Shown: one piece after another, positions 25,300-36,842 of the stretch
Layout: the number at the start of each line of letters is the position of its first letter
Position numbering within the stretch: position 1 is the first letter of the stretch
Origin: Anthoceros angustus
Lineage: Eukaryota; Plantae; Anthocerotophyta
NCBI GenBank assembly: GCA_010909165.1
Contig: VJWM01000250.1
Coordinates: forward strand, 160,944-224,943
DNA length: 64,000 bases
Reading direction: 5' to 3'
Notes under the pieces: model-generated
What the model was told of the DNA's origin: nothing
The model's input: only the letters and a program-made list of their open reading frames with translations
Database searches by the model: none
Made by a program: the position numbers and the translations under genes

Positions 25300-27768
25300 C
25301 AAGATGCAGGATGGTGGTAGTTACCGGCAGCGAAGGGACACCTTCCTGTGCACCGATTATGCCCGACGCCCCACTGCTGAGAGGAAAGTCATCTTTCCGG
25401 GCGACCTCCCGGTAGTTCTCTCAGTCGCTCATGCTTAGACACCCAGCTCTTTGACGCTTTCTCTTCTGGGGCTCGACCGCAACGCCCTGTGGCCTTTGAC
25501 CCTTCTTGGCGCGCAAATTCCTCTCGAGCTCAAGGGTACAACGGAGACCATCGACGCCCGCCCTACCTTAGCAGACGGAGGCGAGCCATATGGGCCCAAG
25601 AAGAGCAATGAGGTCTTGGAGCCCCGCGCCAGGAGAAGAACATAGTCACTAGGCGCTACCCCGACTTTGGTCACTGGCTTGAAGAGGTCGGACCTGTTGG
25701 ACCAGCGGGTGAGAGCAATGGCAAAAATTATTGTCCACTGGAACATGCTCACCAAGGTGGATCGCCTGGGAGATAACCTCCTGGTGTTCCTGCACACCCT
25801 CCTGAGGGGCAAAAGGGCGGATCATCTTCGCCCGGATAGCCCAAGAGGCCTGGAAGCTGCGCAACGAGCAGCCTCCCCCATCAGCGCTGTCCCCTTTCAT
25901 CCTCCATGTCTGGGGACACCATAACCTCCGGAAGGAGGGAGAGGAGGAACGAGCCCTCCGTCGAGGGCTGGCCACCCTGTTGGAGGGGGAGAAGGATGGA
26001 GGAGAGCAGGACCCGGACAGCCGGCCGATCGCGGGGCCCAAAACGCGGCGCGCACAAGAGGAGGAAGATTGGGAGGGCATCCCTGATGCTATTCACCTGG
26101 AACAGACCTCCTCTCCTCCAAGGGAAATCTGGGAAGAAATTCCCGCTTCCCTCTTGCTAGTACCAACGACGAGCAAAGCAGCCCATGATCGTAGGATAGG
26201 ATTGAGCTGTACCAGCAGCACCGCGGGCGGCGAGGACAACTGACCTCCCACTTGAGCCCCGATGGACCAGGCGGAGGGCGATGAGCAGGCGCTGAAGCTC
26301 ACCGGTGAGACCGTGTTCTCACCCATGAGCGCGGAGTGGGCGGAGGTGGAAGCGGCCGTCCGGAGGGCGGAGAGGGATGCTGCCCAAGGCGCGGGAGGGC
26401 ACTGGCAGCAACCCCATCCGGAGCCGCCTCGCCCACAAGGGAAGTGCCACCCCACCCTTCACCCCCACTGAACCCCAAGCATCGGAGGGCGGAAAAGAAG
26501 TTGGCTGCGAAACGTGCCAAGGAGGTGGAAGGACCCGCACCGGATGGTCAGGACGTAAGGGTCCTGATCGGGTCCGCAGCATGACTTTAACATGGTCCGC
26601 CGCATTCGGCAATCCTTGACGAACTGGGAATGCCCGCCTCCCCTGGGTTTACGGGGAGCCACGCGCGGCGGTGGAGGAGACCAGTGGGTCCCGGGCCCGG
26701 GATGCATGGTGGGGTGGCAAATGGTACCGCTGGAGGACGCAAGAGGTGGAAGCCACCCGGAGGCGCATGGTGGAGCTCCAGGGCCAGACGGAGGCAGCCC
26801 AAGCAGCCAAGTGGAAGGCGGAATCCCTAGCTTGGATTGAAGAGGAGAAGCGCCGGACGGCGGAGAGGGAGGCAAGGTCCACCCGGCTGATCGGCCCGGT
26901 TTCACCGCGGTCAGCTGAAGCGCGCAGGAGGCCTGTGTGCGCGGAGGCCTCGAGTCAGCAAAAGGAGGAAGCGAGGGCAGCAGCAGATGTCGTGCGTTAG
27001 AACGTGGAGGACGCCCGGGACTTAGTAGAGGCCGCACGAAGGGAGAAGAGCCAAGCTCTGGAGGCTCAGCTGAAAGGAGCAAAGGAAGCAGAGGCAAACG
27101 CCAAGACACACCGGGACCACTACCGTAGGGACCAGAACTGCTGGAGGGAGGCGGCTGGAGCAGCCACAGCTCGCCTAAAGGAGGAGCAGGCAGCCTCGGA
27201 GTACACACGCACAGCCCACGGAGCAAAGATGCAAGAGCGGTTGAGGGAGATGGGAAACCTCTAGACACAGCTTCAGGAGGTGGACGAGGCGCGCAAACTG
27301 GTAGAACGCCAGAAGGAGACCCTGGAGCTATAACTCCGGGTGGTGGAGGAGAGGAACGGGATCCTCCAGGGCTGGATTGGGGACCATGAGTGGGAGTTGG
27401 AATGGCTCCAACTCTGCCTTAGGGTGGAGGAAAGCCACCAGCGGAGCAAGGAGTTGGACATTGAAGAGCTCAAGAGGGAGCTTGCCGATGCCACCAGCTT
27501 GATGGAACTCCCGGAATGGCTCGAGAGGGAGATGGGAATCCAGGTGACGGACCAACACCAATGGAGGCAGGAAGAGCAAAAGCTGCTGGTTTGTCTGCGC
27601 AGGGCGAAAGGAGAATCCCGGGACTTGACGGGCCAACAGGCTGCCCTCCGGAGGGAACAAGAGACAGAGCATGCCAACGAGAAGAAGCGGCTAGCCAAAG
27701 CTTCCTTAACGGCCTCCAGGGATGCCGCAAGGGCCCAGCTAGAAGGCTTGGGGGATGGGACCGCCCAA
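25300..27768 (+). pseudogene. Decayed retrotransposon accessory ORF (coiled-coil C-terminus), related in style to the LTR ORF
   Basis: DNLLVFLHTLLRGKRAD resembles VFLHEVVKGTQID. A long in-frame E/K/R/A heptad-rich stretch spans 27004-27774 with in-frame stops. Truncated by the Copia LTR at 27769. Confidence 0.5.
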
Positions 27769-27999
27769 AGTTAGAAATATTGCAGACCACGTTGGTTAAG
27801 GTCGACTAGACCAGACCCAATGCGGATTAGTCAAACTAGACTTAGCTAGTTGGTTAACTAGCATGCTAGTGAAAGGACACACCCCCTTGTAACCATCCTT
27901 TATAAGCCCACCTATGAACCAAACATACTCATTGTTAATAAACCATATGCTTGATGCAAGAGGCTTCCGCATACGCATCTCTAATTTGGTATCAGAGCC
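27769..27999 (+). mobile_element. Short Copia-type LTR (~217 bp) plus tRNA-iMet PBS; truncated element
   Basis: agttagaaat...aataaa...gcttccgc...tctctaatt, followed directly by a perfect PBS tggtatcagagcc at 27987-27999. Confidence 0.75.
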
Positions 28000-30759
28000 A
28001 TGTGATATTCTAATGGCTTTGTTGCTAGTTTTCTTCTCTAATCAACTTAGGAAGTTAAGCTAGCAACCTCATACTCATTTTAGTTGATGAAAATGCATTT
28101 CAATATGCATTTCTGATAGCATATTATCATCTGCATCATAGGCAGCATCCGCTAGTCTTACAGTCATCTAGAAACTCATGTTGCCCATCATACCATTGCT
28201 GAGTGAAAATAATTAGCTTAAAACGTTCTAAGTAAAGTAATAAGTATAGCTACTTTATTGATTATTTTCATTTGTTCAATTTTCATCAAACCAAACCAAT
28301 TTTTCTAAAATGATTGGCTATGGGTTCTAGCCACCCTTCTAGTTCTTGTGATTCTATAAGGCCTAGTCATTGGGCCTCTTATAGGTTAATTTTGCTTAAG
28401 AATAGCATCATTGTTGCTTATATTCTTCTAAGCAATCTGCCTATTTTAGCTTTTGCTTTTAGCCTCTTAATCTTCAAGCACAAGCACTATAGGTCGCAAA
28501 CAACGACGCAACCATGCTGAGGCAAGGAGGAAGCACGATCAGGCAGCCCGTTCACGCTCGTCAAATCGCAATTGTGCTCGAGGTTTTGGATTATCATCGG
28601 CGCCAAGTGTCTTCATCATCTTGGATCTAATTCCTTAGCCGATGTGCTTGCGATTTTGCTGCAAGAGCGTGATTGGAGACCTTCACCCGCCCTCGACTCA
28701 TGGACAAGGCAAGATGCAGCTATGCAGCACATGCTTATCGGGCCTCGACGAAGTCACTTCCATCACACCAATGGTGCCTCACCTCAAAGCCAGGCTTTCC
28801 TGAGGCGATCATGATATTTACCAATCTACGAACGTAATGGAATATAGCTTATTTTGGAATAGATATGTGTTAAAACATAATGGTGATTTTAGTTACAGTT
28901 AAATTAGGTTTAGTTTTATTATTCGTTAATTAATAACCGTCAATACAACTGCTTTTGTATAAGACCCTTTCTTTGTGTGTAATTTGTATCATCTTCGATT
29001 CCAACTTGCTCTTGTCCCTCTTGCTTACCTCTTGCACGATCTTCACACATGCGATCCTAGGCTACCAACTTCTTTATGGTATCAGCCTTGATCGCTCATA
29101 CCCCATGTAGCTAATCCTCATGGGGTAGCTATGCTTTCTAAAAAAAAATGGAAGAGGGGAACACATCCCACTTGCCTTCAACGAGGCAAAATAGCAAGGA
29201 AGCATATGGAGCCCCACCGCACTTCTTGAAAATGTAGCAGATGCATCACGCATCCTTCCTCAAAAGTAATCGAAAGGATTGAACCCCATACCAATCCAGA
29301 GGCGCACGCACCGTCCGGCTCGCCGTCTGCCCCTCGAAGGAACCACGGGCTTGCAACCACGGACATTGTGGAGGTGCGCACCGGGCGTCTGCTTTGAGAC
29401 ATGCGCAGGCGTACCAAGATGACTGTGATCCTGCCTCGCGGATCCGCTACCAACCAACCGATGGAATTCGAATTCGCGCACGAGGTGATGATGGCCGATT
29501 TCGCGATGGGGGGCGAATTAGCGCGGCGCAGGATCAAAATTGTTGAGTAGCGGTGCAAATTGAGGCGCCAGACATTGAGGCGCAGCCACAACACCGCCAC
29601 GAGACGGGGGTGTATGCGTCGGCCGCTGACGGGTTAATATCGCCGTCACGCTGACAAGTACGGGTTGCAGGCAAAGCAATACCGCATTTCTAACTTACAA
29701 GACGCTCGATCGCTGCTCATTTTAAAAGGATTTTATTCCCGCCCAAGGCACCACACCAGAAGTCGAACCCGGGTGGCTCGGGTACTAGACATAGATACTA
29801 ACCACTATACCAAGGCAGCTTCTTATTTCGCTATTGTTTTTAGTTAATTTATCTACACTAGGTTAGATCCTTTACATCCTCATTGGTTGTAATATGCTTT
29901 GATACTAATCATTTTTTTTATGTATTTTGATCTCAATGATGATAGTGATGACAATGAATCATTCAATACATTGTTTGGCAATTTATTTGAAACTTTAGAG
30001 ATAGAAACTCCTGTAGAGTATTCTATATAGGATTTTTCTCCACAAGCTGTACAATCTAGATTAAACATGTCGGGATCTTCTTCTTTGCCTCCCGCTCTTC
30101 TCACTCCTCTTAGGATAGAATTCAAGGATAGAGATAGATTTAATGGGAGATTACACTATATGGGCAATGCGGTGTCACAAATTTTAGAAGAAAATGAATT
30201 GATGGGGTTGTAGACGGTCCGAACTCGCTCCCGCCCAGAGCCGCCTCGATCTCATTTTGAATGGCACCAAGGATCGCAAGAACTATTATTATTTCGCCTA
30301 GATCGAATATGATGACACATTCCTTGGGTGCCGCCACTTCAAGTGATGTGTGGTATAACTTTAAGATGATTTATAAGGATAGGAGCTCACCTCCCTAGTA
30401 CAAGCTCAATTTTTAGTCTTCATGAAAGACAATGAGGTGGAGTCTTATATAACAGTTTCGCACTTGTCGCTAACCTTGCATATTGTGGAACAAATTTAAG
30501 TGAAGTTCGTGTCGTCCCTACTTGCAACCTTACCAAGCATATCAATCTTTTGTAAGCGCCGCAGTGCCATGATAAGAACAGGTCAATCAACAGTGCAACC
30601 CCGCTATTACACTCAGAGGTGTTTGGAGCTCTTCTAGTAGAGGAGAGGACTCGTGGACTTAATAAAATGAAGGCCACCAAGTGGTCAATCAAACTCAAGA
30701 ATTTTGTTCACTTCGAGGCAAAGGGGCTGAGGACGGTGGACGTGGCTTCCCAACCAAAT

Positions 30760-31405
30760 TGTCGCCATGATTAATTAGGTTAGCTAATTAATTAACCTAG
30801 GTAATTAGGCTGATTACTAGATAACCAGTCCGCAGGCATGAAACGTGTGGGTTTGTTTAGGGCTCGGGAGCGAGGCGTGAAGGGCAAACATATGATGCTG
30901 GATGATGGCGAACGTGAGTGACTGGGCAGCTCGGGCATTATTGCGCAAGATGGTTGTGAGGTTGCAAGCGTGGGCAGCATGGCGCCGACGGTGGAGGAGA
31001 CCGCGGCAACGCCGGAGCAAGTGTGGCATGATAAGTAACCGATCCGGGCTTAGCTAAGTAGTTGTCGGTTCTGGCAGTCAACAAGGGCTTGACCTTCCCG
31101 TAGCCGGCTTAGGGACATGAGATATGCTGATTTCAGAACGGAGCAAGTCGTGGAGCGCCATGTCGTGTGTGGTCCGAGTGTGTCGGTTGATGTCCGAGGA
31201 CTTACCGCAACTCACAACTGCTTGTTAGGGCGGTCCGAGGATCACCTGGTGTTTCGAGTTGGTGATCCGCCGGGCCGCGCCTGGGTGTTGTGAAACCGAT
31301 TGCGCTACGGGTTCACCGCTGTATGTTTTGCCCCAAACACCGGTTTTGAGTGAACAAGACACATTAGCGCCTTGCGCGGCGACGATGTTTCTCTCGTATG
31401 GTTTT
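30760..31405 (+). repeat. Repeat A1
   Basis: Colinear with 36178-36842, from gattaattaggttagctaattaattaacctagg to ctctcgt(a/g)tggtttt. Confidence 0.9.
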
Positions 31406-31701
31406 ACTCGATAACTACTTTGAACCTTGCCGCCATCTTGGTGTGCAGAGAGTTGTGTGCACAAAGACCTACCCGTCCCGATTCATGGGCATCATGGTGT
31501 GGACTTAACGCAAGGCGCTTTGTGAGCTAAGGGGTGACGGGATACTCACCGGCCGAGTGTCCGTGGAGGGTGGTACACCTATCTCGAGCTTGCTGGTGTT
31601 CTAGCAAGGAGTCGGGGTCAAGTCGTGACACAAATTTTTGTGTAATACTCCTTCCTTTCCTAACCTCCGTTAATCACGACTTTGTTACTTTTGCATGGGC
31701 T

Positions 31702-34100
31702 ATGTCATCCGATGGGAGCGATGAGGAGCCAGCCTATCATTTGAGGAGCAGGACTGCATTTATACCTTTCCCACATGAGAGCACGACGCCAATCTGGACC
31801 GCGAGGCTTGGTTCATCCGAGTTAGGACTGCTGAGGAGCCGACTTCATCATCCTCTACCTCCGCCAGAGTACCACGGGCCGTAGTGCTGGGGTAGTGTCC
31901 AAGCGTGAGGAGTGAGTTGGTCACCTCTATCGACCATTGTTCAGGTCGTGAGTGGAGCTACCAGTCCTGAGGAGGAGGAGTCTGGGAAGTCTGATACCAT
32001 GGAAGGATCCGAGCTGCTCACAAGTCCGAGAAGTTTTCTCAGCAGGCTGTGACGCAGATTTTAGGGACTTCAAACTGCTTTATGGCTTTAACTAGTCGCC
32101 TTAAGCATGGAGCCGCCACACTACTCCAGACATGTTTGAACAATGCTCGGTATCTAGCGGATGAGGCCTCGATCTTTGAGATTCATGCACCGTAAATGTT
32201 GGCGAGTAGAGAAGCCTAACTCGCCACGCAGCTGCCTGCAAGTGGCATACACGCTTGATGGCCATCGCAGAATCGGGCAGTACCGGCACAATTGCGCTGC
32301 TGGGCTCCCACCACCCACAAGCAGAACATGACTCCACGTGAGATGGCTATCGCCACACCGTGCTCCATATGTTAGATGTGCCCAATCATGACAACCTCAG
32401 AGAAGACTTCTTTGCAATTTTGGATAAGGCCTTTCCAACCAAGACCCCGAGAAAATTGCTTTAGCCTTTGCGGCAAGAAGGGTGAAACAAGACATATGGC
32501 CTTTAGGCGATTACAGTTGAGGGATGGCACGGTATGTTGATCGACCTGTGAGGCGACATGTGTTCTTCGCTTGAAACCGACCCCATGTTTCATTATCACC
32601 ACTACGCTGGTTGACAAGTATGGGGACAACTACACACCGGATCAGTCTATCGGAAGAGGAGAAGAAGGAGTTGGTTTTCTCAACAGATGCTTCCCAAAGA
32701 TACCAAGGCTTTCCACCATTACCAAAGAAATGTTTTCGTGGAAGGGTAGTTCAAGAATAACGCAGATCGCCAACAAGGGCAAGGAGTCCAAGCCGCCAAG
32801 GTCAGCAGCCATCGCCACCACACTTTGTAATGTGTGGCGAACATCTTTGCCCGCATGCAGATTTTAGTGTCGACTCACATCGCACTCAAGAAACCAGTCA
32901 CGTGGAGGCGCTTTGTTTTTCAAAGTATCCGAGCGGCGACCTTGGAAAACAGGGACAGACTCTAGTGCTACCACTAAGCCTACCATCACTATTGAACTGG
33001 AGCAACTGCAGTGGAGTGCCTCTACAGAGCAGCCACAGGAGGAAATCACAAGAAGAGCCAAGTCAAGCGCTGGCTAAGCAAAAGGCTGCTCAAATGATCG
33101 CCCGGAGACACCAGACCGACTACCAGTCAAGACTTTGGCGGCAAGCTTGAATGCGCTAAGCCTGCCAATGCTGTGGAACTTGTAACTACTGGGACATCAG
33201 ATGATCTTGGTGAAGATTATGGACCAGTCATGGAGGCTTATGCAACACACAAGGAGCAGTCCAAGGCTGAACCATTGCATGGCAAAGGTCTAGGCGTGAT
33301 TGATTCAGGTGGCCATTACTACAAACCCGGGTCATACCTTAGAGACGCATCACCACACACAAGGGAGCTAGAGCAAATGCCTGTGTCTTTCCAAAGAACT
33401 TCCATCGAGTCCAAAGATACCAAAGGAGAGGGTCGATCATCTACCTAAAGGGGATCAAGAGGAGCAAAGGACCCACTGTGTTCCCAGCGATCACATGCTA
33501 GACACACACAAGTCCGAACAGCCGTCATGCTAACCATGATGTTAACGCTAAGGAGTTGTTGAAGAGGGTGTACACGGCACTTGCTCGCCTTTCATGTGAT
33601 GTAGGAATTGAAGAGGTTAACTTGGACACCATGTTGCAATCTCCACAGTCGAGGTATCTATCGATGATTGCAACAGCCATCATGGTCAGACAGGGCTGGA
33701 TTCACTTGTTTCCGGCAAGACTGTGCAAGCTGCACAATTGGCTTGGGAAAGCTAGGGTCTACCAATCGTACAGCCCACAAATCGGCGCAAGGCCACAGTA
33801 AGCAACGTGCTTGTGGACAATCGGGCTAGCCATGTGCTGGTAAATGAATTTGCGCCTAGAGCTGTGTTGTTGGACACAGGAGCACAACCAGTGATCATAG
33901 GGAAGGTTCTGGCTGCTAGGCTGCGGCTAGAAGGGAGTGCGTTGAAGCCTTCCCCATGGAACATTCGTGACACGGGGCGCTTGAGTCGTGAAAGGGGAAC
34001 ACAACCCAAATAAGATCACTTTGAAGCCCAACACAGCAGATGAGGTGAGCTTGGCGTTGTCTAGTCACGGTGCCACTAATTATGACATCCTGATGTGAAT
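31702..34100 (+). pseudogene. gag-like ORF and retroviral-type aspartic protease of the DNMT element
   Basis: ATG at 31702 (MSSDGSDEEPAYHLRSR). Degenerate Cys/His knuckle near 32830. Protease motif RAVLLDTGAQPVIIGK near 33860. Confidence 0.7.
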
Positions 34101-34518
34101 TTTCCTTCTCCAGAGTCTCAATTGACAATCGGATGTAAGTGCCTTTTTAGGCCGATTGGGGGAAGCGAATTGCCTACCTACCCTTGGATTTGCATGACAG
34201 TACCGAGGCTACACTGGTGGAAAGACAGTCAGATGGTGATCCACCTTGGGGATGGGCCAGCTCTATTACCACCAGCATTATCGCGCCAAGCATGGTTAGT
34301 CGAGTGTGGAGAGGAGATCCTCCTCACATGCTCATGAGGGAGATGTGTTGGGAACACAACCTCCTCGTGAAAGATCCGCCATTCGAGCCTCCCATAGCCA
34401 GAAGGAGCGCATGCAAGCTCAAGAACATGTTTGCGTTATGCAGAAAGCCTGCACGACCATGTGGGAGGGAGCACATGTTTCCCCATTCAACTGGATTACT
34501 TGGCTACCTTCATCACAA

Positions 34519-35787
34519 GGTATCACCTTGGTGGAGCCGTTTAGGGGCCTATGCACCGGTCTTGAGGCGTTGTTGAGGTGTGGCATCACGCCTTCGTACA
34601 TCTATCGTGATGTTTGTCCAAATAGGCATATTGCCGCACATCGGTGCACTGCTGCAGTAGCTTCCCCAAAGAATTTTCTGTGCAAGCCAAGAAGCATGTT
34701 TGACGCCTCCCACGTAATCATTTAGTACATCCAGCAAGCACACGCTCAAGCATGGTTGGTGGGTGGTGGAGAGGACATCCTCTCACATGCTCATGAGGGA
34801 GATGTGTTGGGAACCATCTCGAGGCTCGATATCCGGCCATTACGGGCCTCCCATAGCGGCGGGCTTGTCACGGCAAGCTCAAGAGGTTGCTCGTGTTATG
34901 CAAGTCTTTGCGGCTTCAGACCCGGTACCACGGGGAGGGAGCACATGTTTCCCCATTCAAGATGCAGTGATTACTTGGCTACCTTCATCACGAGGCATCA
35001 CCTTGGTGGGTTGTTTGGGGGCCTATGTCTTGGTCTTGAGGCATCTTGAGGTGTGGCATCACAGTCTTCAGGTACATCTACTGTGATGTTTGTCCAGCTG
35101 TTAGGCATATTGCCGCACATCGGTGCACCTGCTGCAGCAGCAGTTTCCCCAGCAATTTTCCAGGCAGGCCAGTAAGAGCATGTTTGACACTCTCCCACAG
35201 AACATTCAGTACATCCAGCAAGCACACGTTCAAGCCCTTGGGCATGTGGATTTGCTGATTGCAGGATGGGAGTGCCAAGGCCTATCTGTCAAAGCCGGAG
35301 CAGGTTGCAAGATAACCGCTCAGCTTATTTAGGATCCGGGTGCAAGCATTGGCTGCTGATCAACATCCTCAAGTGGCTTATCTGGCTGAGAACACACACC
35401 CAATTGGATGCTCTACCACAATCAAGGCCAAGACATGGCCGTGATCCAAGACATCATTAGACCTCCTTCACCATGGATGCAGCCTGTGGGCAGCTATGCT
35501 CATGACTCAGAATTATTGGACCAATTTGGTCCCCTTACCTATCCTCAGACTTGGCTTTACAAAGAATTAGAATGGAGCCCACCCGCTCCTCCCATGTGAT
35601 GTCCCTGGATGACAATCACACCCAGCCTCACAGCCAGGAGAGCCCTTGGTTTCCTACCAACACACCGCAGCCAAGGAGAACTCGCCCACGTTGGTCACTA
35701 TCCTGCCCTATGCTTATAGGAATAACGGTCCTGGTATGCTTTTTAATGAAGATACCAAGGTGTGGGAGGAACCTACAGTGCAGGAGA
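34519..35787 (+). pseudogene. DNMT3-like C5-cytosine DNA methyltransferase domain (frameshifted, N-part duplicated)
   Basis: Motif I GITLVE(P/L)F(R/G)GLCTGLEALLRCG; RYIYCDV; motif IV HVDLLIAGWECQGLS (35243-35287); motif VI AYLAEN (35376-35393); motif VIII-like MDAA..GSYAH.LR.YWTNL (~35473-35530). Confidence 0.85.
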
Positions 35788-35931
35788 ATTGATGATCCAG
35801 CGCTCATGTTGTTGTGTGATGGCTGTAATGGCGGCTACCACCTATTTTGTCTTCAGCCACCACTGACTGAGGTGCCAGAGAATTCGTGGTATTGTCCCCT
35901 TTGCCGAGCTAGGGACACCAGTAACAGCTGA
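35779..35931 (+). pseudogene. C-terminal PHD finger (first Cys lost at deletion junction)
   Basis: CRRIDDPALMLLCDGCNGGYHLFCLQPPLTEVPENSWYCPLC followed by a stop; fits the C4HC3 PHD pattern. Confidence 0.93.
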
Positions 35932-36015
35932 TCAGGTGAACCCTTGGATTTTCCTTTGGCATCTGATAGAGCTTGCCTGCAGTTTTGGTGACTTGTAGCA
36001 CCACACTGGGGGGGG

Positions 36016-36175
36016 GATAAGGACTTACCAGGATTCCGTTCATCCCTACTCATTTTCTCACAGTCACGTTCATAGCGACCCCCTCAAAGAGTGTGAGGTC
36101 AGGACTTTCGTTCGCATACAATTTTGGTTGCCTAATGTCAAGGGCACTTTTGGCTAACACTGTTTCAGCACGACA
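36016..36175 (+). repeat. Repeat B1 (160 bp), preceded by a G9 polypurine tract (36008-36016)
   Basis: gataaggacttaccagg...ttcagcacgaca, near-identical to 36843-37002. Confidence 0.95.
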
Positions 36176-36177
36176 GC

Positions 36178-36842
36178 TGTCAGGCCATGCTGATTAATTA
36201 GGTTAGCTAATTAATTAACCTAGGTAATTAGGCTGATTACTAGATAACCAAATCAATTAGGTGCATGAAACGGTGGGTTTGTTTAGGGCTCGAGCCAGGC
36301 GTGAAGGGCAAACATATGAGCCGGATGATGGCGAACGTGAGGACCGGGCAGCTGGCATTATTGCGCAAGATGGCCGGAGGTTGCAAGCGGGCGCATGGCG
36401 CCGACGGTGGAGTGAGACCGCTGGCAACGCCGGAGCAAGTGTGGCACGAATCATGGGCTTAGCAGAAGTAGTTGTCGAAGTTCTCCGTGGCGCCGCGGCG
36501 CCGCTTGGACCTTCCCGTAGGGTTAGGGACATGAGATATGCTTTGTGATTTCGTGAACCGTAGCAAGTCGTGGAGCGCTATGTCGTGTGTGTGGTCCGAG
36601 GTCGTGTTGATGCCGGGTCGAGGACCACCGCAACACATCGAATCTCGCTTGTTAGGGGCGGTGTCCGAGGATCCGCTGGTGTTTCGAAAGTTGGTCGATC
36701 GGTCGGCCGCGCTGCGGTGTTGTGAAACCGGATTGCGCCACGGTGGTTCACTGTTTGCGGTTTTGCCCCAAACACCGGTTTTGAGTGAACGAGACACATT
36801 AGCGCTCCTTGCAGCGCGACAGTGTTGCTCTCGTGTGGTTTT
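36178..36842 (+). repeat. Repeat A2
   Basis: Begins tgtcaggcc 2 nt (gc) after B1 and matches A1. Confidence 0.92.

Noticed and set aside
30755-31635. Solo LTR 30760-31630 (ends gtcgtgaca) flanked by CAAAT on both sides
   Set aside because: The Copia gag resumes only after 37002 and A is repeated at 36178, so one composite element is more parsimonious. The coincidence remains a caveat for the split-repeat model.
35551-35931. Host PHD-finger gene
   Set aside because: Intronless, truncated, and lies between the TE DNMT and the PPT inside a TSD-bounded element.
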